Position numbers and translations under genes: made by a program. Positions 1-7,107 of a stretch of DNA of 64,000 nt are shown here, piece by piece; the stretch's first letter is position 1; every line of letters begins with the position of its first letter. Under the pieces are notes generated by a model. The model saw only the letters and a program-made list of their open reading frames with translations. It was not told where the DNA came from and did not search any database. Source of the stretch: a virus. The stretch lies in the IMG/VR virus record IMGVR_UViG_2915168811_000001; one strand, 5' to 3'.

Positions 1-1
1 G

Positions 2-256
2 AAGGCGACCTGGGCGCTCGTAGACGGCGTCGGCTACGACCTGCAGAAGGATCCGATCACCGACTCCGGCATGAAGAAGAGCGCACGGGGACGCCTCGCC
101 GTCTTCCCGGACGAGAACGGCGAGCTGTACCTTGTAGAGCAGGCCACCGCCGAGCAGGAAGCAGCCAGCGAGCTGCAGCCGGTCTGGACGGACGGCCGAT
201 TCATTCGCAAGCAGACCTTCGCCGAAGTGCGGGAAGTGTTGGGATCCTCGAAGTGA
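2..256 (+). CDS. nadV: Nicotinamide phosphoribosyltransferase (NAMPT), C-terminal part (5' truncated by window)
   Basis: Frame from nt 2 reads KATWALVDGVGYDLQKDPITDSGMKKSARGRLAV...FAEVR, the typical NAMPT C-terminal KDP(I/V)TD-KKS-xGRL signature. Confidence 0.85.
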   Translation, partial: KATWALVDGVGYDLQKDPITDSGMKKSARGRLAVFPDENGELYLVEQATAEQEAASELQPVWTDGRFIRKQTFAEVREVLGSSK

Positions 257-870
257 CCATGCCAGATCAGCCCCTCGTTTCAGTGGACGTCGTCGCAGTC
301 CGCTGGGACGGGGGCGCCCTGCGTTACGCAATCCACCACCGGAAGTTCGAGCCGTTCCTGGGCGAGCTCGCGCTCCCCGGAGTGCTGCTGCTTCCCGGTG
401 AATCGCTTGAAGCCGCCGCCCGGCGAGCGGTATCCGCCAAGCTCGGACTGCCCGACACATCCATCCGCCACGTCACGCAGTTCGGGGCGTTCGACGAAAC
501 GAACCGAGATCCCCGCGGCGCGACAATAGCGATCGGGCACCTCGCCTTCCTCACGGATGGGCCCGACGGGGAGGCCACCTGGGTGGACTTCACCGATACA
601 GCAGTCCCGCTTCCGTTCGACCACAACACCATCGTCACTGCGGCATGGGACTCGCTGCGCTCCCGGGTGTGGATCGACTGGCCAGTCACGCGCGCGCTCC
701 TCGGCGAGGGGTTCACAACCGGGCAGGTCATCACGCTCGCGACGCTGCTGGACCACATGCCTTACCAAGTCTCAAACCTCGCGCGCTGGCTCGCCGGAAC
801 CGGTCACATCGAGAAAGCAGGGATGCGCGGCCGCGACACCGTATGGCGCTGGATCGAGAGAACAGCTTGA
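253..870 (+). CDS. Nudix hydrolase / NrtR-like (ADP-ribose-sensing Nudix plus C-terminal wHTH-like region)
   Basis: VSVDVV, ALPG..L..GESLEAAARR Nudix box, RDPRG, LPFDH; GTGA overlap with the NAMPT stop. Confidence 0.8.
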   Translation: MTMPDQPLVSVDVVAVRWDGGALRYAIHHRKFEPFLGELALPGVLLLPGESLEAAARRAVSAKLGLPDTSIRHVTQFGAFDETNRDPRGATIAIGHLAFLTDGPDGEATWVDFTDTAVPLPFDHNTIVTAAWDSLRSRVWIDWPVTRALLGEGFTTGQVITLATLLDHMPYQVSNLARWLAGTGHIEKAGMRGRDTVWRWIERTA

Positions 871-1610
871 ACCAGATCCACCAGTCCCCGGGAGCTCTGC
901 ACCGCGAGATCAAAGAAGCGGTTCGTCTTGCCCTTGATCCCCGTTCGACGCACTCCGATGATCCTCGACTGCCGGCATTGAGGGCAGCGGTGAGGAGTCA
1001 CGGGCAGCTCAGTCCGCTCGACATCTACGCACCAGGGGCAACAGATGATGAATGGCTGCATGAGATGCGATTGACAATGCTCTCATCGCAGTCATCCTCT
1101 AACGCTGACTCGAAGAACCCGGCGTTCATCGTTGCGCAGAATTGGCATCATCCAGAACAGGCTGCAGATCTGCTTGGCCTGCCTGAGAACGATCCCGTCT
1201 TTGGATTACTGCGAGACATTGTGGCCGAGCATGTTGAACGGACCCAAGAGGGTATCGGATCCCTTGGATACGAAGCGGTCACGATGTACCGTCAGGGCCA
1301 CAGGCAGGAGCTCGATCCCGAATCTCAGCATCACGGGTGGCTGAAATCCTGGTCAATGATCGACGTGACCGGAAGCAGCTACCAAGGCGACACAGAATTC
1401 ATATGCGATGTCCCGGTTGAGCACATCGTGGCGGTCCGTTGGGGTGAGGCAGAATTTCTAGTGTCCAGCCGCTCGCTTCAAGAACGCACTGACCTTCTTG
1501 CCCCGTTCGCGAGATGGGAAGGGATGGCGGAGCCGCCGCCGACCCCGCTATCCGTGCCAGATCCTGGCCCGACAGGCCTACGGCAATGGTATCGAAAGCT
1601 TTTCAGTTGA
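867..1610 (+). CDS. Putative ADP-ribosyltransferase-fold protein (R-S-ExE type)
   Basis: VTMYRQG ... LKSWS ... VPVEHIV ... GEAEFLV pattern; TTG start overlapping the Nudix stop is assumed. Confidence 0.5.
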   Translation: MNQIHQSPGALHREIKEAVRLALDPRSTHSDDPRLPALRAAVRSHGQLSPLDIYAPGATDDEWLHEMRLTMLSSQSSSNADSKNPAFIVAQNWHHPEQAADLLGLPENDPVFGLLRDIVAEHVERTQEGIGSLGYEAVTMYRQGHRQELDPESQHHGWLKSWSMIDVTGSSYQGDTEFICDVPVEHIVAVRWGEAEFLVSSRSLQERTDLLAPFARWEGMAEPPPTPLSVPDPGPTGLRQWYRKLFS

Positions 1611-1649
1611 ACTGGATCCCCCGTCAGCGGCCTCCGGTACCGAGGAAAC

Positions 1650-2795
1650 ATGACCGCGATGAATGAACTTCCCCGCATGCAACCCGCCGCCGCGGAGCTT
1701 GTAGCCGAGCTCGAGGCGCTCGCGAGACACCAGCAGGCAGAGATTGACGGCCACTTGCTGGCCGGCGACGACCTGGCGTTCAGCAGGAAGAAAGTCGGGT
1801 CTGCGGTCGTGCACCGCGCCGCGTGCCGGACGATCGCGAAACAGCTTGATCGGCGGAGTGTGTGGAACGGGGTTCTGGACGCCTTGCGTTTCGCTGCGCA
1901 GCACGATCCGGACGCAGATTTACATGAGGTTCGAGCTGCGGTCGAAGCGACCGGGGTCACGAAGATGCCAGTCCTAGTGACGGTTGACGACCTCGCCACG
2001 GCGCCGAAATATCGTGAATGCGCCACCTGCAAACCGAAAATCCCCGCGCACCGCCGAGCGGCACCCGGGCAGGTGGGGCGGCTGACGCAGGGCACCACCC
2101 ATTTCGGCGTCGCCGTGAAACCCGGAAGCTACGGCCTGACCATCGATCGCTCGAAACATGCTGAGGTGGACAAGAAATCGTCACTCCCCGGCACCGACCG
2201 ACTGTTCGCGGCCGGACACCTGCATGAGAGCATCGCAGCCCGCTACGCTGACGCCCCGAACTTCACGACCTACACCGACGAATGGTGCGCGCAGCATCAG
2301 GCTGACGCACTCCGAAACTTCGACCTCAACATGGCGTTCTTCGCCGCGATCGACCGCCAGGACTTTGAAGCAGAGCTGAGCCGCGTGCTGGCACAGGAAC
2401 CGAAATTCACGCAGGTCACGAACCTCATGGAGATCGACGGTATCCGCGGCGTCTACGTCATGGTGCTCGACGAATTCAAGCAAGCGTACGTCGGAATCTC
2501 TGGAGACATGGCGAAACGCATCCGCCAGCATTGGAGTCGGCAGCGCGCGTTCGACCGCCTCATCTTCGGGACCGTCGAAACCTCCATCCTGTCGATCGAC
2601 AGCTTCCGCGCCTTCGACACCACCCGCCTGTACGCGATGAAGACGGACAGCCCTGAGACGGCAGAGGAGCGGATAGTCGCCGCCTTCCAGCCCAACTTCC
2701 TCCTGAACCGAACCGCCGGCGGCGGGAAGCTCAGAGGGCTGCAGGCCGAAATACTCACCGGCACTGTCAAGAGGCGGTCACTCGTTACAGAGTGA
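1650..2795 (+). CDS. GIY-YIG nuclease-domain protein with long N-terminal region
   Basis: GVYVMVLDEFKQAYVGISGDMAKRIRQHW; RBS GAGG upstream. Confidence 0.7.
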   Translation: MTAMNELPRMQPAAAELVAELEALARHQQAEIDGHLLAGDDLAFSRKKVGSAVVHRAACRTIAKQLDRRSVWNGVLDALRFAAQHDPDADLHEVRAAVEATGVTKMPVLVTVDDLATAPKYRECATCKPKIPAHRRAAPGQVGRLTQGTTHFGVAVKPGSYGLTIDRSKHAEVDKKSSLPGTDRLFAAGHLHESIAARYADAPNFTTYTDEWCAQHQADALRNFDLNMAFFAAIDRQDFEAELSRVLAQEPKFTQVTNLMEIDGIRGVYVMVLDEFKQAYVGISGDMAKRIRQHWSRQRAFDRLIFGTVETSILSIDSFRAFDTTRLYAMKTDSPETAEERIVAAFQPNFLLNRTAGGGKLRGLQAEILTGTVKRRSLVTE

Positions 2796-3366
2796 CAGGC
2801 GCGCCAGTGTCGTCCGGATTCCGGGGACCCTCGCTCGCGAACGCCGCTGCGAGTATCTCCCGGACCACCTCCACATTCCGGGTGGCGCCGCTGTCGTTGT
2901 AGGCGCGCACAGCGTCGTTAATCATGCGCCGGGTGATCTTACAGTGATGGTCCCCGGCAGCGCGGGTGGCCGCTTTGATGATGGCGGACATGAGCGCGCG
3001 GCCGTCACGGTCCGTGGTCCGCCATTCGACGATCGCCGCCTCGCACATCGCATCGGTGACTTCGCGGCCCGCGTCCCAGTCGACGCCGCACCCATAATGG
3101 ATCAGAGCACGGCCGACGTCTGACTGGCGAGCGTACGACTCGAGGTTCCGCTGGAGCAGGTGGCGCCAGATGTTTCGGCGGTGGCCACGCGGGATGTCTT
3201 TCACGAGCATCGTCACACCATCACGCGTCGTCCAGGTGACTGTGGCGAGATCGAGGTCCGGATCCCCCAGAGGCGCGGGCAGAATGAACTGCCATGCAAT
3301 CCGGGGTCCGCGCTCAAGCGCTTCGGAGAGATCCCGCTCAAGCATGTCGTCGGCGAAGTCACCCAT
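2785..3366 (-). CDS. Hypothetical protein
   Basis: ORF 2785..3399; ATG at 3366 overlaps the end of the upstream ORF. Confidence 0.55.
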   Translation of the reverse strand: MGDFADDMLERDLSEALERGPRIAWQFILPAPLGDPDLDLATVTWTTRDGVTMLVKDIPRGHRRNIWRHLLQRNLESYARQSDVGRALIHYGCGVDWDAGREVTDAMCEAAIVEWRTTDRDGRALMSAIIKAATRAAGDHHCKITRRMINDAVRAYNDSGATRNVEVVREILAAAFASEGPRNPDDTGAPVTL

Positions 3367-3649
3367 GATGTGAGGTTCTCGTCCCTGAAGCCGGGGCACC
3401 TGCCCGCAACGCTTCGACGAGTCCCTGCTCGCGGGAATCGAGCTTGCCGCCCCACCACTGCATGTCGCCCGCGGCGTTGCGGTGCTTGCCAGTATGAAGG
3501 TCCGCCCGAGCGCATTCCGTCAGGATCCCGGTACCTATCAGTTCGACAAGCTTCTCGCTCAGCCCACTGGATGACGCCTGCGGGCAGTATCCATCCTTGC
3601 GGCCGCCGCGCCATCGTTCAGGCTTGGCCTTCTTCTTGGATTCAGTCAT
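3359..3649 (-). CDS. Hypothetical protein (96 aa)
   Basis: RBS GAGGA and a class A motif upstream. Confidence 0.55.
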   Translation of the reverse strand: MTESKKKAKPERWRGGRKDGYCPQASSSGLSEKLVELIGTGILTECARADLHTGKHRNAAGDMQWWGGKLDSREQGLVEALRAGAPASGTRTSHHG

Positions 3650-3696
3650 CAGGGGTCCTCGTCAGTGTCGGCAGCGTTGTCGCTGCATCTGGTGTC

Positions 3697-3708
3697 AGTG
3701 ATGCGCGG
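3697..3708 (-). promoter_or_regulatory. Class A motif CCGCGCATCACT
   Basis: Exact copy upstream of 3359..3649. Confidence 0.75.
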
Positions 3709-4004
3709 CGCTACGATAGGCCGCGCGCCCCGGTGAGCGCCGCAAGGCCATTGTTCACAGATCCAGGCTCGTAGGCTGAATGCCGCTGATTCGCGTGCAT
3801 TCCGGGAAGCGATCGACTCCGCGAACCCGTACGATCACTGAGTGCAGGTAGGGCCCGCCGCGCTCAAAAGCTCGTCGGTTTCAGGGTTCCTCCAAGCGGG
3901 TGATCGAACGGCGCTTCGCCCGTTTGGAGGATCTCGCAATGGCTCTTCCCGTCAGGCGGTCCGCCGCGCTACGTTTGCCTGACACCCGCACCAAGGAGAA
4001 CCCC

Positions 4005-4100
4005 ATGAATAAGCCCGCCGCGCGCCCGACGTATCAACCGTCGACGCTGTCGCAGCCGCGCTCATGGCGTTCGAATGCGGGCACTCAGAAGCCCTGGTAG
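4005..4100 (+). CDS. Small ORF, 31 aa (MNKPAARPTYQPSTLSQPRSWRSNAGTQKPW)
   Basis: AAGGAG RBS 6 nt before ATG; followed by a terminator. Confidence 0.4.
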   Translation: MNKPAARPTYQPSTLSQPRSWRSNAGTQKPW

Positions 4101-4123
4101 CACTCCTCCAGGATCACTCTGAA

Positions 4124-4160
4124 CCCGCTCCGCCGACATTCGGCTTGGGCGGGTTTTTCA
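4124..4160 (+). terminator. Intrinsic terminator
   Basis: GC hairpin cccgctccgccga/tcggcttgggcggg followed by ttttt. Confidence 0.7.
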
Positions 4161-4174
4161 TTTCTCGGCATCCA

Positions 4175-4186
4175 CCGCGCATCACT
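4175..4186 (+). promoter_or_regulatory. Class A motif CCGCGCATCACT ahead of tRNA array
   Basis: Ends 18 nt before tRNA-Trp, immediately after a terminator. Confidence 0.8.
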
Positions 4187-4204
4187 GTAAGCGAAGCACC
4201 AAAT

Positions 4205-4280
4205 GGGGATGTAGCTCAGCTGGAAGAGCAGCGGTCTCCAAAACCGCAGGCCGCAGGTTCGAACCCTGTCAGCCCCGCCA
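4205..4280 (+). tRNA. trnW: tRNA-Trp(CCA)
   Basis: Cloverleaf, anticodon loop CTCCAAA, TTCGA loop, encoded CCA; one acceptor-stem mismatch. Confidence 0.93.
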
Positions 4281-4282
4281 CA

Positions 4283-4301
4283 CTTTGATAACTCAACAGC
4301 G
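4283..4301 (+). promoter_or_regulatory. rrn-leader/boxA-like element CTTTGATAACTCAACAGCG
   Basis: Close match to the TTGAGAACTCAACAG segment I recall from actinobacterial rRNA operon leaders. Confidence 0.5.
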
Positions 4302-4314
4302 CACCACAACACAC

Positions 4315-4397
4315 GGGCCGGTATCCAAACTGGCGAAGGAAGCTGACTGTAAATCAGCCACGAAGACACGCTGCGGGTTCGACTCCCGCCTGGCCCA
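4315..4397 (+). tRNA. trnY: tRNA-Tyr(GTA)
   Basis: GCTGA-CTGTAAA-TCAGC arm, long variable region, GGTTCGACTCC; no encoded CCA. Confidence 0.92.
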
Positions 4398-4399
4398 CA

Positions 4400-4479
4400 G
4401 GAGATTGCGCGGATTGAACTTCCGCATTTGCTGTCGCACGTTCTAGGCGTGCGGCTCCGCCACTGCGGGTATCTCCCCT
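4400..4479 (+). ncRNA. tRNA-like three-hairpin structure with CTA in the central 7-nt loop
   Basis: GGAGAT/ATCTCC closing stem; hairpins GCGGA/TCCGC, CGCACG-TTCTAGG-CGTGCG and CCGC/GCGG; no canonical T loop. Confidence 0.35.
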
Positions 4480-4480
4480 C

Positions 4481-4555
4481 CCGGATGTAGCTCAGCTTGG
4501 CTAGAGCACCCGCTTTGGGAGCGGGAAGTCGCAGGTTCGAATCCTGTCATCCGGA
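4481..4555 (+). tRNA. trnP: tRNA-Pro(TGG)
   Basis: CCCGC-TTTGGGA-GCGGG arm, CCGGATG/CATCCGG acceptor. Confidence 0.93.
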
Positions 4556-4822
4556 CCGCGGACGTGCCATGTGTACGAACCGTATCCGTCCCCGTCGAAT
4601 CGGCGAGGACAGCGCTCGAGACGGAAGTACTGCCGATCGAGAGCCTGCGGAGACTAGCTAAGTAGCGACTCTCGCGGTAGGCACCCAATACTTCCTGACG
4701 CGCACCGACCTGGTGGCGCCGCATGTTTTAGCTCAAGCGGGCATGCACTTAGACAGTCGGGAGACCGCAGAATCGTCGCACCGCGGAAAGGCGGCGGGAA
4801 CAGCGGCGAAACTCCAGGCCAT
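4556..4822 (+). ncRNA. Unidentified structured RNA (about 265 nt)
   Basis: Nested stems GGAAGTA/TACTTCC, TGCC/GGCA, GAGAG/CTCTC, GTCC-CCG/CGG-GGAC, GCATG/CATGC; no convincing ORF. Confidence 0.5.
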
Positions 4823-4895
4823 GCACCTCTAGCTCAGTTGGTAGAGCATCCGGCTTTTAACCGGCGGGTCCTGGGTTCGAGCCCCAGGGGGTGCA
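4823..4895 (+). tRNA. trnK: tRNA-Lys(TTT)
   Basis: Loop CTTTTAA, GCACCTC/GGGGTGC acceptor. Confidence 0.92.
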
Positions 4896-4955
4896 CGAAA
4901 ACGAAAGGTGCTATCGAGGCACGGCTGAGCCAGCGTATGCGAATCAGCCGAATAT

Positions 4956-5028
4956 TCCGACGTAGCTCAGCTGGCAGAGCGCCGCACTGTTAATGCGGAT
5001 GCCGCAGGTTCGAACCCTGCCGTCGGAG
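4956..5028 (+). tRNA. trnN: tRNA-Asn(GTT)
   Basis: CCGCA-CTGTTAA-TGCGG arm, TCCGACG/CGTCGGA acceptor. Confidence 0.93.
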
Positions 5029-5071
5029 CGGCCTGGTCAGAGTACGGCGTGCACGCCGCTGACCTGGCTTT

Positions 5072-5156
5072 GGATGGTTGGCAGAGCGGCCGAATGCACA
5101 GGTCTTGAAAACCTGAGCCCTTCACGGGGCCCCGAGTTCGAATCTCGGACCATCCG
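5072..5156 (+). tRNA. trnS: tRNA-Ser(TGA)
   Basis: CAGGT-CTTGAAA-ACCTG arm, long variable arm GCCC-TTCAC-GGGGC. Confidence 0.93.
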
Positions 5157-5311
5157 CTGGGGCGAGCGAGCCCTTCTGTGAGGTTTGCCACGGCAGGTCG
5201 ACAAACCAGAAGGGCGCGGTACGTGCGCGGCGCGGGTTGCCATCCGTGTCCAGAAATCCGGGGCTTCGGCTGCCGGTACCTGGGGGTCGATTTCCCGGGC
5301 GTTCCACAAAT

Positions 5312-5370
5312 GGCTCTGTACATCTCAACTGGTAGAGGTACGCGCGTCGGTTCGAGTCCGACCAGGGTTC
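5312..5370 (+). ncRNA. tRNA-like RNA lacking the anticodon arm
   Basis: Acceptor GGCTCTG/CAGGGTT, D arm CTC-AACTGGTA-GAG, perfect T arm GTCGG-TTCGAGT-CCGAC; only 8 nt between D and T arms. Confidence 0.55.
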
Positions 5371-5441
5371 GCCCTGTAGCTCAGACGGTAGAGCGAGAGG
5401 CCTGCGGGCCTCGGGTGCGGGTTCGAATCCCGCCGGAGCCG
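5370..5441 (+). pseudogene. Degenerate tRNA (6-nt anticodon loop CTGCGG; Arg(GCG)-like or undetermined)
   Basis: Normal D and T arms, mismatched acceptor, non-canonical anticodon loop. Confidence 0.55.
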
Positions 5442-5469
5442 CTGCAACCCAGAAACTGGGTTGCGATAT

Positions 5470-5545
5470 TCCCGGATGGTCTGTTGGCAGGCCGCCTCGG
5501 TTCTGGGCCGAGATGTATCCGCTGGTTCGATTCCAGATTCGGGAG
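5470..5545 (+). tRNA. trnQ: tRNA-Gln(CTG)
   Basis: CTCGG-TTCTGGG-CCGAG arm, TCCCGGA/TTCGGGA acceptor; slightly atypical variable/T region. Confidence 0.8.
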
Positions 5546-5549
5546 CTAT

Positions 5550-5623
5550 TCCCCCGTGGTGTAGCGGCAGCACACCTGACTTTGGATCAGGAAGCCTTGG
5601 TTCGAACCCAAGCGGAGGAGCCA
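5550..5623 (+). tRNA. trnQ: tRNA-Gln(TTG)
   Basis: CCTGA-CTTTGGA-TCAGG arm, encoded CCA. Confidence 0.93.
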
Positions 5624-5754
5624 ACGTGGTGCGCTGTTCCCGAACAGCCCGGCCTATGCCTGGTCGCACGAGTTCGGGATGCTGCTTGCGCGCAAAAGCG
5701 AGCCGCACGACGGCGCCGGCGTGCGCAGGATTAACGGGAGCGTCAGCGGAGAAG

Positions 5755-6126
5755 TCATTTCGTACGGTCATGGTTTCCCTCGTCGTGGTCGGTAGGAGTT
5801 CGTTTTGAGGTGCCGCGTCGAAGGCCGCGCTCGAGGCGCTTCAGGGTTGCTGATTCTGCACGGTCATCTGCTTCGTTTTCGACGATGACGTACCGGCGAG
5901 GTATGAGCACGATCATTTTCGGGAAGTGATTTAACCACACCTTCTTGCAGCCTTTGGTCCATTCGTCAGCCAGCCGCTGCGCGACTTGAATCGAAGTTCT
6001 CGGGTCCTGGAGTCCATTCAGGACACGCTCGTACCCCTCTAACTGAAGCCCTTCGCGCTCCACATACCCGACCCGGAGTTCAATCTGCCGGACGAGATTC
6101 AGTGCAGTGATCTGCTTCGGCTTCAC
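5755..6126 (-). CDS. Hypothetical protein
   Basis: Last gene of a stop/start-overlapping minus-strand operon. Confidence 0.6.
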   Translation of the reverse strand: MKPKQITALNLVRQIELRVGYVEREGLQLEGYERVLNGLQDPRTSIQVAQRLADEWTKGCKKVWLNHFPKMIVLIPRRYVIVENEADDRAESATLKRLERGLRRGTSKRTPTDHDEGNHDRTK

Positions 6127-6716
6127 GACGCCCCTCCTGACGTCTGCGCGACCAGCCAGGCGGTCACGTCATCCCACCCGAGGCCGGCGAGCGTCAGCCG
6201 GCGCTCCTCCCGCTTGTGCTGCGCGTCGACGAGCACGAGCTCGTTCCCTTGGCCGTACACGAAAACCTCGTTGCGCCTAGGCGTGAAGACCGGCGTCGCG
6301 GCGACGTGGTATCCGCTCCACTCCAGGTTCGCGCGGCTCATGGCACAGCTCAGATTGGCGCCCATGTCGTACCGCTCCCCCGCGCGCCCGAGGATCGCGG
6401 ATGCTTTCTCCCAGGGCAGGCCGAGCATGGGTGCGAAGATCGCCTCGAACTCAGTGCGGATCTCCTTGCTGGTGAGGGCCCGTTGCTCGGCGATCAGGGT
6501 GAATGGCTCCCACGCAACCTTCGGAAGTCGCCAGCGAACACCGTCCAATTCGACGACAAGGTATGAGCGCGGGATCAGCTCAGACTCCGCGTGCCTCATA
6601 TTGCTCCAGGAGAACATCGACAGCTTGCTGCCATCCGGCCGGACACCGCTGACCATCCCGCGGGCTTGGATCGGTTCGTAGCCGTGCTCAGCGAGAATGC
6701 GTTCGAGGAGGTTCAT
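6123..6716 (-). CDS. Hypothetical protein
   Basis: Overlaps both neighbours (ATGA/GTGA type). Confidence 0.7.
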   Translation of the reverse strand: MNLLERILAEHGYEPIQARGMVSGVRPDGSKLSMFSWSNMRHAESELIPRSYLVVELDGVRWRLPKVAWEPFTLIAEQRALTSKEIRTEFEAIFAPMLGLPWEKASAILGRAGERYDMGANLSCAMSRANLEWSGYHVAATPVFTPRRNEVFVYGQGNELVLVDAQHKREERRLTLAGLGWDDVTAWLVAQTSGGAS

Positions 6717-7060
6717 GATGTGCTCGTTTCTGCCTCGGCGTCGACACTCGCGAGGTATTTCGTTCCCTCGCGTGAGATGTGGAAGATGGTCTGATGGATG
6801 TCGTTGTGTTCGGCAGACACCATCCCCAGATCCTTTACGCGGTACCCGAGACGGGCGCCGTTCATCGGCATAGTCCCGCCCTTGGAACCGCTGAAACCGG
6901 GACGTGACCGCGTCGTGCGACTCCAGGCCGGCGATTCAGGCCACACCTGCTCGGCAATGTACCGGCCAGGCGCGCCGCGGTCCCCCGCCGACGCGATCGC
7001 GCGCAGGGCGCGCAGCTGCGGGTCGGTGAGTCGAACTTGAATATCAGGCAGGGATTTCAT
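6713..7060 (-). CDS. Small wHTH-like hypothetical protein
   Basis: LTDPQLRALRAIA...LGMV...FHISREGTKYL; RBS AAGGAG; class A motif upstream. Confidence 0.55.
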   Translation of the reverse strand: MKSLPDIQVRLTDPQLRALRAIASAGDRGAPGRYIAEQVWPESPAWSRTTRSRPGFSGSKGGTMPMNGARLGYRVKDLGMVSAEHNDIHQTIFHISREGTKYLASVDAEAETSTS

Positions 7061-7095
7061 GTGAGGTGCTCCTTCGGCCGCGCGGTCTCAGTCAC

Positions 7096-7107
7096 AGTTA
7101 TGCGCGG
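7096..7107 (-). promoter_or_regulatory. Class A motif CCGCGCATAACT
   Basis: Overlaps the TAA stop of 7098..7784; upstream of 6713..7060. Confidence 0.75.

Noticed and set aside
819-830. CCGCGCATCCC on the minus strand inside the Nudix gene as a class A site
   Set aside because: It mismatches the conserved ACT end, lies inside a CDS, and has no suitably oriented gene; probably chance.
4556-4822. tmRNA, RNase P RNA or group I intron
   Set aside because: It lacks tRNA-like termini and a tag ORF, lacks the RNase P P4 consensus, and group I-like words are not in the canonical order; kept only as an unidentified RNA.
5217-5306. Possible additional tRNA (Leu- or Sec-like) ending ...GTTCCA
   Set aside because: I could not build a consistent acceptor, D and anticodon fold, and the T loop is non-canonical; at most a heavily decayed tRNA.
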